A stretch of 63,331 nt of DNA, the filler included, from Octopus bimaculoides (taxonomy: Eukaryota), in assembly GCF_001194135.2 (NCBI RefSeq). It is 4 parts of 4 records of this genome, joined end to end, with 100 filler letters (N's around TTAATTAATTAA, not from the genome) between each part and the next. Parts side by side here need not be neighbours in the genome. Positions count along the whole stretch, not along the records: positions 15,781 to 32,658 come from NC_069002.1; positions 32,759 to 52,148 come from NC_068996.1; 2 more parts are not named here. One strand, written 5' to 3'. Shown one piece after another: positions 23,100 through 34,287 of this stretch. A program made the translations under genes and the position numbers. The notes beneath the pieces are model-generated. The model was not told where the DNA came from and searched no databases. It saw nothing but the letters and a program-made list of their open reading frames with translations. Each line of letters starts with the position of its first letter. The stretch's first letter is position 1.

Positions 23100-24465
23100 A
23101 CAAAAGTATATATTAGTATGACGCTCGGGAATACGGAAAGTCTTTGACGTTTCGAGCTACGCTCTTCAACAGAAAGAATACGGAGACAAGGAGAAAAAAA
23201 CACGGAGAAAAAAAATTGAATAGTGTTCAGTCAACGGTCAATTATAATAATGGCCGATCATAACAATGGCTGACCGGAAGTTAGAAATTCTTATTTCAGG
23301 AGAGCTAAGAAAGGGGGAGATAACAAACGGTGATCGGGAACGAGGGGCTGTGTGTGGGAGGTAGAATGCTGGTGATCTTCACGTATGTAGTGTGAAAATG
23401 GGGGAAGGGAGAAAGGGAGAAAGTAGTTGGTCAGTTGTAGTGTGTGCGTGGTNNNNNNNNNNNNNNNNNNNNNNNNNNNNNNNNNNNNNNNNNNNNNNNN
23501 NNNNNNNNNNNNNNNNNNNNNNNNNNNNNNNNNNNNNNNNNNNNNNNNNNNNNNNNNNNNNNNNNNNNNNNNNNNNNNNNNNNNNNNNNNNNNNNNNNNN
23601 NNNNNNNNNNNNNNNNNNNNNNNNNNNNNNNNNNNNNNNNNNNNNNNNNNNNNNNNNNNNNNNNNNNNNNNNNNNNNNNNNNNNNNNNNNNNNNNNNNNN
23701 NNNNNNNNNNNNNNNNNNNNNNNNNNNNNNNNNNNNNNNNNNNNNNNNNNNNNNNNNNNNNNNNNNNNNNNNNNNNNNNNNNNNNNNNNNNNNNNNNNNN
23801 NNNNNNNNNNNNNNNNNNNNNNNNNNNNNNNNNNNNNNNNNNNNNNNNNNNNNNNNNNNNNNNNNNNNNNNNNNNNNNNNNNNNNNNNNNNNNNNNNNNN
23901 NNNNNNNNNNNNNNNNNNNNNNNNNNNNNNNNNNNNNNNNNNNNNNNNNNNNNNNNNNNNNNNNNNNNNNNNNNNNNNNNNNNNNNNNNNNNNNNNNNNN
24001 NNNNNNNNNNNNNNNNNNNNNNNNNNNNNNNNNNNNNNNNNNNNNNNNNNNNNNNNNNNNNNNNNNNNNNNNNNNNNNNNNNNNNNNNNNNNNNNNNNNN
24101 NNNNNNNNNNNNNNNNNNNNNNNNNNNNNNNNNNNNNNNNNNNNNNNNNNNNNNNNNNNNNNNNNNNNNNNNNNNNNNNNNNNNNNNNNNNNNNNNNNNN
24201 NNNNNNNNNNNNNNGGGGGTTAGATGAAGAGTGGAGGGGAGTTGAGCCCATGTGGCGCAAAGGAGCGAAGATAGAAGATTAATCCATGTTCACGGCGCAA
24301 ACGGGAGTCCGGATGGCCCCTGTGCATGGACAATCCAAACACAGACAGGTGTTGCCGCAAGGAGTGGCCGGCAGAACGGAAGTGGCGTGACACCGGGGTG
24401 TCATTGCCGACGTTGATATCTCGGAGGTGTTCCGCGAATCGGTCGGCCAGGCGGCGCCCCAAGAC
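23100..24465 (-). mobile_element. Penelope-like element 3' end (GIY-YIG C-terminus plus pseudo-LTR), gap inside
   Basis: ORF 24220-24462 reads GRRLADRFAEHLRDI...PVSRHF...E..LIFYLRSFAPHGLN. A hammerhead motif lies downstream. Confidence 0.8.
23141..23177 (-). ncRNA. Minimal type I hammerhead ribozyme-like motif
   Basis: Minus strand: UCUUU-CUGUUGA-A-GAGC(gua)GCUC-GAAA-C-GUC-AAAGA. Stem I is 5 bp, stem II 4 bp, and stem III is reduced to palindromic ACGU. Core position 6 is U rather than A. Confidence 0.65.
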
Positions 24466-24539
24466 AAAATAAACATTCTGCCATCCTTTCGGTATTGAAG
24501 AAATAGGTACCAGCTGAGTCCGAATTTCATATTAATAAT

Positions 24540-25038
24540 ATCAGCACTAAAACAGTGGACCGTGTTCACTGACATTGGGCTACAACAAGTAACCTTAGAT
24601 ACCAAGAAAACCTCCTAAGTATTCTAGTTGTCCCTAGTAACACTGTTTTCTGAAGCTGTACTAAACTAGGTCCTAGGCCTGTTTCCTCTATCCACCTGTT
24701 CAGATCTTTAGAGATAGTTCATGATACATAAATAATTACGGGGATACATTTCGCCCACGCTTTCCAGTCTCCGTAATTCAATGGCTAGGTCCTGGTACTT
24801 TGCTATTTTTGCTATACCTCTCATATTGATTTTCTCATCATTTGGGACTGTGAAGTCAATTACCTGGCATTTTCTATTCTCTTTATCTATGTGGTAAGTA
24901 GCTTGCTTACCAACCACATGGTTCCGGGTTCATTCCCACTGCGTGGCATCTTGGGCAAGTGTCTTCTGCTATAGCCTCGGGTCGACCAATGCCTTATGAG
25001 TGGATTTAGTAGACGGAAACTGAAAGAAGCCTGTCGTA

Positions 25039-25069
<31 letters not shown>

Positions 25070-25380
25070 NNNNNNNNNNNNNNNNNNNNNNNNNNNNNNN
25101 NNNNNNNNTGTGTGTGTGTGTGTGTTTGTCCCCCAACATCGCTTGACAACCGATGGTGGTGTGTTACTTTCCAGTACTTTACTAGGTTCAATTCCATACA
25201 TAATTCACAATGGTTTTCTCTCCCTAGGTTGTTATGTCTTTTCTTGTATTCATTCTGTGCTACTATACTACATTCACTAACTATTTGAGTAATACTTCCT
25301 TCATTTGATTTACATAACCTACGTCGGGAATCTACTTTTTGTTTACTTTGGTTTTTATCCAATTAGTCCTCAATACTTGA
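24540..25380 (-). mobile_element. R4/Dong-like LINE 3' part, interrupted by SINE A (24891-25165)
   Basis: CKSNEGSITQIVSECSIVAQNEYKKRHN upstream of the SINE. IDKENRKCQVIDFTVPND...KIAKYQDLAIEL and LQKTVLLGTTRILR downstream. Confidence 0.85.
24891..25165 (+). mobile_element. SINE family A, truncated
   Basis: Matches the family A head and body. Confidence 0.9.
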
Positions 25381-25387
25381 TCTTATT

Positions 25388-25676
25388 GGCGGCGAGCTGG
25401 CAGAATCGTTAGCACACCGGGCGAAATGCTTAGCAGTATTTCGTCCGTCGCTACGTTCTGAGTTCAAATTCCGCTGAAGTTGACTTTGTCTTTCATCATT
25501 TCAGGGTCGATAAATTAAGTATCAGTGAAACACTGGGGTCGATGTAATCGACTAGTCCCTTTCCCTCAAATTTCAGGCCTTGTGCCTATAGTAGAAAGTA
25601 TTATTATTATTATTGTTCAGTAGTTTTATTTTTATAACGTGCTTTCACTTCACTACCGAGCGCAGCTCTGTGCGCC

Positions 25677-25754
<78 letters not shown>

Positions 25755-25980
25755 TACTATTATTATTATTAAGGCGGCGAGCTGGCAGAATCGTTAGCAT
25801 CTTCCTATCTGGGTAAGATGCTAAGCAGAATTCCGTCCGTCGCTACGTTCTGAGTTCAAATTCCGCCGAGGTCAACTTTGCCTTTCATCTTTCCGGGTGA
25901 AGCACTGGAGTGGATATAATCGACTATCCCTCCTCCCCCAAAGTTTCAGGCCTTGTGCCTGTAGTAGAAAGGATTATTTA
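25388..25980 (+). mobile_element. Two SINE family B copies (25388-25610, 25771-25980) separated by (ATT)n
   Basis: Family B heads at 25388 and 25771. Confidence 0.9.
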
Positions 25981-26385
25981 TCTATTTATTTATCTATTAA
26001 TTTATTATATCTTTCTCCGTTTTCTTCCTCTGTTTAGACGAACTTTCCTACCTTTTCGGACAAAACCTTTTGTAACCTTCGTCCTGTCTTTGTCCTTACA
26101 TGTTTTTAATTGATATTAGCCCTTGTGGCCAATAAAACGAATTAACTGTTATTATTATTGTTGTTGATGTCATTCATTAATCGAACCATATTCTTTTACA
26201 ATGAAGCCTTTCACTCTGCTATTCTAATCAACAACAACAGCGGTAACAGCAACGACATTCCTAAAAGTTCTGATGTTAAATTTTCACATTTTAAACAGTA
26301 GAAAAATAATTCACTGAAACAAAACAATCCTAAAAATGGACAAATAAGAATGAAAAATTCTACGACAAAAATGAATAAAGAACAA

Positions 26386-26485
26386 GTTTCTGATGACCGC
26401 GGACCGACACCCTGGGGCAAATAAATAGATAAAAAGATTTTTCGGTCGCGAAACCAAACTGATACGAGGTACAGTTTGGTAAAGT
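26386..26485 (+). ncRNA. Candidate extended type I hammerhead ribozyme
   Basis: CTGATGA at 26390-26396, stem II GACCGA/TCGGTC plus GC/GC, GAAA at 26450-26453, perfect stem III CCAAACTG/CAGTTTGG and GUA triplet at 26479-26481. Stem I is weak (4 bp, 2 wobbles) and there are two extra C after A9. Confidence 0.45.
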
Positions 26486-26649
26486 GAAAGTCGTCTGGTG
26501 GAGGAGTAGGGGGTGGGGGTCAAGTTACGATTGTTAATACATTCCAGATCTTCTGTGCGTATGTGTGTGTGCGTGTGCATGTGTGTGTGTGTGCATGTGT
26601 GTGTGTGTGAGTGTGTGTATGTGTGTGTGTGTGTATATATATGTGTGTG

Positions 26650-26688
<39 letters not shown>

Positions 26689-26982
26689 AAAGTATACGCC
26701 TTTGCTGTCATCTGTATATATGTTTATGTGCGTCTGTGTATCTCTGTACGTTTAGGCATGTGAATGTATTTCTGTTCTGTTGTGTAGGTATATGCATGTG
26801 CTTAGCTATATGTATGTATGTATGTATGTATGTATACGTATGTGTTGTGTATGTGCGTGCTTATGTGTGTGTATGTGTGTGTGTGTGTGTATGTGTATAT
26901 GTGTGTGAATGTCTCACATGTAGTCCAACTATACGAGTGAGAATGTTGCAAAGTGTTTACACTGGTCGAAGATATCTCTGAG

Positions 26983-27017
<35 letters not shown>

Positions 27018-28699
27018 GCCAGGAATGGCGATAATTCCGTAGACTGATTGTCTGTCTGCTAGACGAGATGTCTGCTCAGTCGGCAGCCGCCAGGGTTTTT
27101 ACCGTCCGTGCATAGAACAGTGTAAGGTAAAGCAGCAGAACTGGCAACAAAGAGAGAAAGAGGAAGAGAGAGAATGAGAGAGAGAGAGAGAGAGAAGAAG
27201 AGACAGAATGAGAGAGAGGGAGAGAATAGTTTGAAATAAGGCAGGTTTGATGTCACAGCCAGTTTGGATGGAAAACAGCGAATACAGGACGGACACAGCG
27301 CCTCCTTTACAATCACACTGTTTCTTCGTTTATCAGTTAACCTCCATAACTCATACAGGGGTGGCGGCGGTTGTGAAGGGTGAAGGAGAGCATGGTCGAT
27401 TGTATTCTGCGTGTGTATATATATATATATATATNNNNNNNNNNNNNNNNNNNNNNNNNNNNNNNNNNNNNNNNNNNNNNNNNNNNNNNNNNNNNNNNNN
27501 NNNNNNNNNNNNNNNNNNNNNNNNNNNNNNNNNNNNNNNNNNNNNNNNNNNNNNNNNNNNNNNNNNNNNNNNNNNNNNNNNNNNNNNNNNNNNNNNNNNN
27601 NNNNNNNNNNNNNNNNNNNNNNNNNNNNNNNNNNNNNNNNNNNNNNNNNNNNNNNNNNNNNNNNNNNNNNNNNNNNNNNNNNNNNNNNNNNNNNNNNNNN
27701 NNNNNNNNNNNNNNNNNNNNNNNNNNNNNNNNNNNNNNNNNNNNNNNNNNNNNNNNNNNNNNNNNNNNNNNNNNNNNNNNNNNNNNNNNNNNNNNNNNNN
27801 NNNNNNNNNNNNNNNNNNNNNNNNNNNNNNNNNNNNNNNNNNNNNNNNNNNNNNNNNNNNNNNNNNNNNNNNNNNNNNNNNNNNNNNNNNNNNNNNNNNN
27901 NNNNNNNNNNNNNNNNNNNNNNNNNNNNNNNNNNNNNNNNNNNNNNNNNNNNNNNNNNNNNNNNNNNNNNNNNNNNNNNNNNNNNNNNNNNNNNNNNNNN
28001 NNNNNNNNNNNNNNNNNNNNNNNNNNNNNNNNNNNNNNNNNNNNNNNNNNNNNNNNNNNNNNNNNNNNNNNNNNNNNNNNNNNNNNNNNNNNNNNNNNNN
28101 NNNNNNNNNNNNNNNNNNNNNNNNNNNNNNNNNNNNNNNNNNNNNNNNNNNNNNNNNNNNNNNNNNNNNNNNNNNNNNNNNNNNNNNNNNNNNNNNNNNN
28201 NNNNNNNNNNNNNNNNNNNNNNNNNNNNNNNNNNNNNNAAAAACGATGGGAGAAGTCCTGAAGGCTAAAAGAAAAAAAAATTTGGAAACCGGTGGTCACC
28301 ATTATAATCCCCGCTTCCTTTATTTTCAAACAGAAAATGAAACGTAATTTAAAACCCACAGTGAATTTTTTTTAATTAATCCTAAAATTTCGGCGTTTTT
28401 GTTTCGAAATTTATATAAATTATATATTTAAAATACGGACAGTCTGAATCTGCTATTTGTGTTTTATTCTTTTATTTGTTTAGGTCATTTTGACTGCGGC
28501 CATGCTGGAACACCGCCTCAAGTATGTTTATAATTTCAAAATAATTTTCAGACGAAAAGGTGAGATTTACGGATAGTTAAACAGCTTCAGAAAATTTTCA
28601 AGATGCATGGTCAAGTCGCGGTGGGTGGAAAATGCTTCCGAGAGTGAAGTGCAAAATGCGTGTGGGAACAAAAGATCTACATCACCCGATGAAAGAAAT

Positions 28700-30450
28700 C
28701 TGGAACCATTGAGATGAGATTTGGGACGGAAGAAGAAGTTACATGTAATTCCGCAACCACTTTGAAGAATGAAAACTTTTTCTTACTCACTGCCTATCGC
28801 AGCCAACGTCTTGCCAAGATTAAGGTACTGAATGTGCCGCCAGAAATATCTATTACCTGGTTAGTGGCAGCCGCCTTGGCAAGTTTAGAAGAAGACGAAG
28901 TCACAAAACTGGAGGTCAAGAAACTACCAAAGCAAAACTGGTTAGGTATAGGTATGGAACTGACCTTGCAATGCAAGCAGGACTGTATGGACCAGCTGCT
29001 CGATCTAATCGATCTCCTGGATGGTAATCACTTGTCAGTGTTCGTGGAGGGTAGAAAACCAAGATGCCATAAATGAGGAGCTGTAAAATTTTTAAAGGAT
29101 TCCTGCCCTGAAACAAAGAAAAATGAAGTCTCACCACAGCCAACATTACAAGTACCACAAATGCTAAATCATAAACAAGTGCACAAGACTCCTACACCTA
29201 AACAGATCTGTTTGGTGACCTCTTGGCAGACGTTTACCGCAACTGGTAACAAAACGGGAGAATTCCTAGTGCTGTTAGCCTGGGTGTAGTAACACTGCTG
29301 AGAAACGACGCCGACAATTGGGACGTGTTAGGGAATTTTCGGCCCATAACCTTGCTAAACACAAAGTTTAAGATTTTGGTCAAGGTGTTAGCGAAAAGGT
29401 AGGCGCTTGTCGCTGGTAGTCTGGTTGGAGAGATACAAACGTGCGCAATCCCGAGCAAGTCTATCCACGACAACCTCCACCTTATGCGATACATCGTAGA
29501 GAGGGCTGAGACTAAAGCTGCAACAGGATCGGTGGATATTCCACTTTAGATATTTACAGATGATTGGTAGCGGGAAAAGCGACGACGTCCTTGAGGAGAC
29601 CCTAGGCGTTGACGAAGACGAACTGGCAAGTCTATTCCGGAGGACCTTCCGGTCGGGGACTGTTATGGATAATTTCCAGATGTCTTTGTCCTGGTAGTGC
29701 TACCGGGGGGCGCTACCGGTTCGGGACAAACTCTACAGGCACGGATGTGCTGAAAGACGGGCTTGTTCGATGTGCTCTCAGAGCGATGAAACCGTTCTGC
29801 ATTCACACGTTCAGTGGCCGGGCTTTGCTGACTTGTGGTGTTATGTCGAATAGCTGCTGTCACGTGCAAGACAGAACCGTCTGTCGTCCGAATCCATAAT
29901 GATGATTGCCACTCCGCCCTCCTTTAATCAGGCTGACAAGGCAGTTTTCCTTTGTCTGTTTGCTGTGGCGAAAGAGGTTGTTTGGTGGATGGAGCTGAAA
30001 GGAATGAGGACAGAAACTTTTCTCTTTGGTAGAGCCCTCATCGACTTTAAGTTTCGTTTGAAAAGGAAAATGAGGCGGAGAGGGAGGTGCTGTCCTCGAG
30101 TGAATTTATCAAAAGGTGGGTGAAAGTTGCAGAAATAGCAAGAGTGGATGGTACCACTCTCAGTGTGGACCTGTGAGTTGAAAGAAAGAAGTTGGAGAGG
30201 GCTCTCCTCCTTGCTACTCAGGGTGATCTTGGTTGGTAGGGGTTCCTTGATTATCCCTAGGGGTCCTTCTGAATCAGGAGGATCTCATCACAACCCCATT
30301 TTTTTCTAGTGTCATATGCTATGTATATTTTCTTCCTTCTAATGTATACCGTGTATACTTTTTATTTTATCATTCCATTATATGTAACCCCCATTTATGT
30401 CTGTCTTTGTATTGTCCCCTCATCCTTCACCCTGATGACAAATAAAAGAA
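28700..30450 (+). mobile_element. Tx1/L1-like LINE, internally deleted (ORF1 piece, RT piece, C-terminal zinc finger, 3' end)
   Basis: ORF1 piece is homologous to 41416-41830. NFRPITLLN and SIHDNLHLMRYI RT pieces are present. AATAAA at 30441 is followed by a (CAT/ATT)n tail. Confidence 0.85.
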
Positions 30451-30478
30451 ATCATTATCATCATCATCATCATCATCA

Positions 30479-30578
<100 letters not shown>

Positions 30579-30791
30579 AAGGCAGCAAGCTGGCAGAATC
30601 GTTAGCACGCCGGGCGAAATGCTTAGCAGTATTTTGTCTGCCGTTACGTTCTGAGTTCAAATTCCGCTGAGATCGACTATGCCTTTTATCCTTTCGGGGG
30701 CGATATATTAAGTACCAGTGAAACACTGGGGTCGATGCAATCGACTAGTCCTCTCCCAAAAATTTCAAGGCTTGTGCTTTCAGTAGAAAAG

Positions 30792-30835
<44 letters not shown>

Positions 30836-31062
30836 CATCATCAGGGCGGCGAGCTGGCAGAATCGCTAGCACGCTGGACGAAATGTTTAGCGATATTTCG
30901 CCCGTCACTACATTCTGAGTTCAAATTCCGCCCAGGTCGACTTTACCTTTCAACTTTTCGGGGTCGATTAAATAAGTACAAGTTATGCACTAAGGTCGAT
31001 GTAATCGACTTAATCCCTTCCCCCAAATGTCAGGCCTTATTCCTACAGTAGAAAGGATTATT
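30579..31062 (+). mobile_element. Two tandem SINE family B copies (30579-30800, 30843-31062)
   Basis: Family B consensus with (ATT)n tails. Confidence 0.9.
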
Positions 31063-31150
31063 ATTAATATTTTTTTTGTTATTGCCAAAACTATTTCAAT
31101 TTCTCAATTTTTGCGATCAGTTTATTTTATTGCATGTATATTTATTGAGT

Positions 31151-31508
31151 GGAGCCGCAATGGCCCAGTGATTAGGGCAGCGGACCCGCGGTCATAGGAT
31201 CGCGGTTTCGATTCCCAGACCGGGCGTTGTGAGTGTTTATTGAGCGAAAACACCTGAAGCTCCACGAGGCTCCGGCAGGGGATGGTGGCGAACCCTGCTG
31301 TACTCTTTCTTCCTGTTTCTGTTGTGCCTGTAATTCAAAGGGCCAGCCTTGTCACATTGTGTCACGCTGTATCTCCTCTGAGAACTACGTTAAGGGTACA
31401 TGTGTCTGTGGAGTGCTCAGTCACTTGCACGTTAATTTCACGAGCAGGCTGTTCCGTTGATCGGATCAACTGGAACCCTCGTCGTCGTAAGCGACGGAGT
31501 GCCAACGC
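31151..31508 (+). mobile_element. tRNA-derived SINE family E
   Basis: A-box tggcccagtgattagg, B-box ggtttcgattccc; second copy at 17374-17833. Confidence 0.9.
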
Positions 31509-33368
31509 AACACATATTTATTGAACAATTCTCTCCGTTCTGTAATAGTTCTTCACTAATCTTTACCATTTCTTTCTCTCTTTCTGAATCTTTCATTATT
31601 CTGTTATAACATCATTCTATTATGCCATTTTGTTATAATATCATTCTGTTACAATATCATGGCCCTTATTTTTTACTGGAACTTTCTTTCCAACACTACA
31701 CCTTCCCTGCAAACGAATATTTATTGTTGCCAACGCCATTCTTTCTTTCTCTCTCCATTTACAGTGTTTTTCACGACTTTGTTTTTCAATATTCTTCTAT
31801 TATTTCTTCCACCTCTTTCCACACTCAGCTAATCCTAAACTATCTAACTCCAGTTTATATTCTCTAATCAGCATTGTTTTTTAAGTGCTTCATGCCCCTC
31901 CTCCATTGTATAATATTCTCCTACTTCCTCTCACTCCTCTCTAACAAACGCATCCTCTTGTTTTACGTTTGCTTTTTACCTATTACCTTCTATCAGTTAT
32001 ATAACCACGAAGTCTCAGACTTTCTTTTTTACTCCCTATTCCTCAATAACGATAGACTTTCAACGTAAACCTTCCTCTATCAGTTATTATATCGTAAGAT
32101 CGTCAAAGGATTATATCCTTTTATCTCTTCTGCTCTTTTCGTCCATTTTATGCTTATATTCATAAATATTATTTTTCAACAGTTTATCTGTTACTTTCTC
32201 TTTTTTATGTTTTTACATTTTCCTTTGTCCCCAGCATTTTCATATGTAATCTCTTAAGTATACCCTGTTTTACTTTTAAACTCAATCGTTTCACAACGCA
32301 TAAATCGTTTGTAAACCGATATATTTATATCTATATTTAAATATTAGATTCTTGCAATCCTTGACAAAATATCTAATATATTTAATTGGCTTTTCATTTC
32401 AAAAGCAACCTATCAGTAGTTTTACTATTATTTTTCGACATGAAATAGGACTATTCTTATTCGTGGTATAATTAGAGTGTGGAAGGCTTACTACCTATAA
32501 CTTTATATGTTGTCGTGATTTCAATAATCTTTTAAATGCTCAAAACTCCTCAGCTGATCTTTCCTGTCCCTAAGAGGCAAACTTTCTGTAAAAACGCATA
32601 CTCGTGCGCACACGCACGCACACACACAGACACACACACACACACACACACACACACANNNNNNNNNNNNNNNNNNNNNNNNNNNNNNNNNNNNNNNNNN
32701 NNTTAATTAATTAANNNNNNNNNNNNNNNNNNNNNNNNNNNNNNNNNNNNNNNNNNNNAGAAATAAAAGATTTGTTTCAATTTGTGACATTAATGACAGA
32801 GGTTACCGTGGTCGTTTCGTAGGTTTTTCTTTCCACAGATAACCTCCCCATTTCGTGGGATTTTATTTGTATTACTTTGTCTTTTTTTTATAAATAGCCC
32901 AAACGATTTCGATCCCTTTTGATCTTTGTCCCCAATTTTGTTTTTTATTACTTTGTTTTCGCCCCCCTCGAAAAGAAAAACTCTACATTTGTATTTTGTC
33001 CCCTCTATGTTGAGCACTGTGTGGCTAATAAAAGAAATGTATCTCAGTGGTGAACGACTGCCATTTTTTTACTTTTGGGAGGTTGTGAGTCGGGTTTGCA
33101 GCTTCTATGGGAATTTTCATTATAATATTGCAAAGTCATGTCACTTGACTAGATTCTTGTAACCATTTTATCTCTCCATATGATAATAAATAAATAGGGC
33201 AATTATTATCGATTTTATCATACATTTTTTAATATTGTGATAGCCACACTATTTCAATTGGTCCACATTTGGGTGTCAGTTTATTAGAGGCTACCACACC
33301 ATTAAGAGAAATACAGTACATATGTAAAATATTACAAGCGTTGCCTTAAAAAGTACAAAACTAGAATT

Positions 33369-34084
33369 GAAAAATGCACACTCTCAAAAGACTGTCATAA
33401 TAAACCTTAAAAAGTATGGGACTAGCATTGTTACTCAAAAATATTGGAATCACTATATGTTGTACATTCTGTGGCATCCTTTTATCACAAGAAATGTGTT
33501 TAGTTAATCGAAATTAAGTTATATTAAAAATTAAGTTAAATTATTGTATTCTCAATTTTAACAAAATAATTGTGTACAAATACTAATGTCATCTTTACAC
33601 AATCATTCAATCTATGAATGATAATTTTTATAAATTTACAAGTAATCAATCAAAAATAATTTAGTAATAATTTGTTTAATTCACATATGTGTTTCATAAT
33701 ACAAATTATGTTTGCTTATAATTATTTCGGTTTTGTACTTTTGTTGTTAAGATTCAACTTCATCATAAATTCAGTTTGTTTTTAATTATCATGGTAATTT
33801 TTATGCAGTGTGAAATATATTTTTATATACTTTGGTATGAAGAGTATTATAATGAATTTATTTATTTGAAGTTAAAGATAATATTTTGTACATTTTCAAA
33901 TTTTTATAGACTAGGTTTAATAATTATCGTGATATTGTAATTCACACGAGTCTATTTTCATTTTAAGATGCCACAGAATGTAGAACATATAGCAATTCCA
34001 ATATTTTTGAGCAACAATGGTAGTCCCATACTTTTTAAGGTTTATTATGACAGTTTGTAACCCTTTTGAGCATGCACATTTTTC
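33369..34084. repeat. Long inverted repeat (arms 33369-33478 and 33967-34084)
   Basis: Arms align at about 90% identity with one 8-nt indel, around an AT-rich spacer of about 490 bp. Confidence 0.9.
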
Positions 34085-34129
34085 ACCTTCTACTACACAT
34101 ACTAACTCCAATAATTCCGATAACTCCAT

Positions 34130-34287
34130 ATCTAATAACAGTAACTATCAAAATTACACAACCCCAATTACCCTTAATACATATAGACATAACAATAGAC
34201 TTTCAAATAATAGACATAATTGTAACTGTAGAAACCCAAATACCTGTGAGGTAAAAGGTAACTGTAGAAAGAAAAATGTAGTATACC
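34130..34287 (+). mobile_element. AT-rich (Naiad-like) Penelope GIY-YIG, 5' half
   Basis: HNCNCRNPNTCEVKGNCRKKNVVY, continued in register at 38085. Confidence 0.75.

Noticed and set aside
30432-30452. CTGATGA...GAAA as a hammerhead
   Set aside because: No stems II or III; it is the polyA-signal region of the Tx1-like 3' end.
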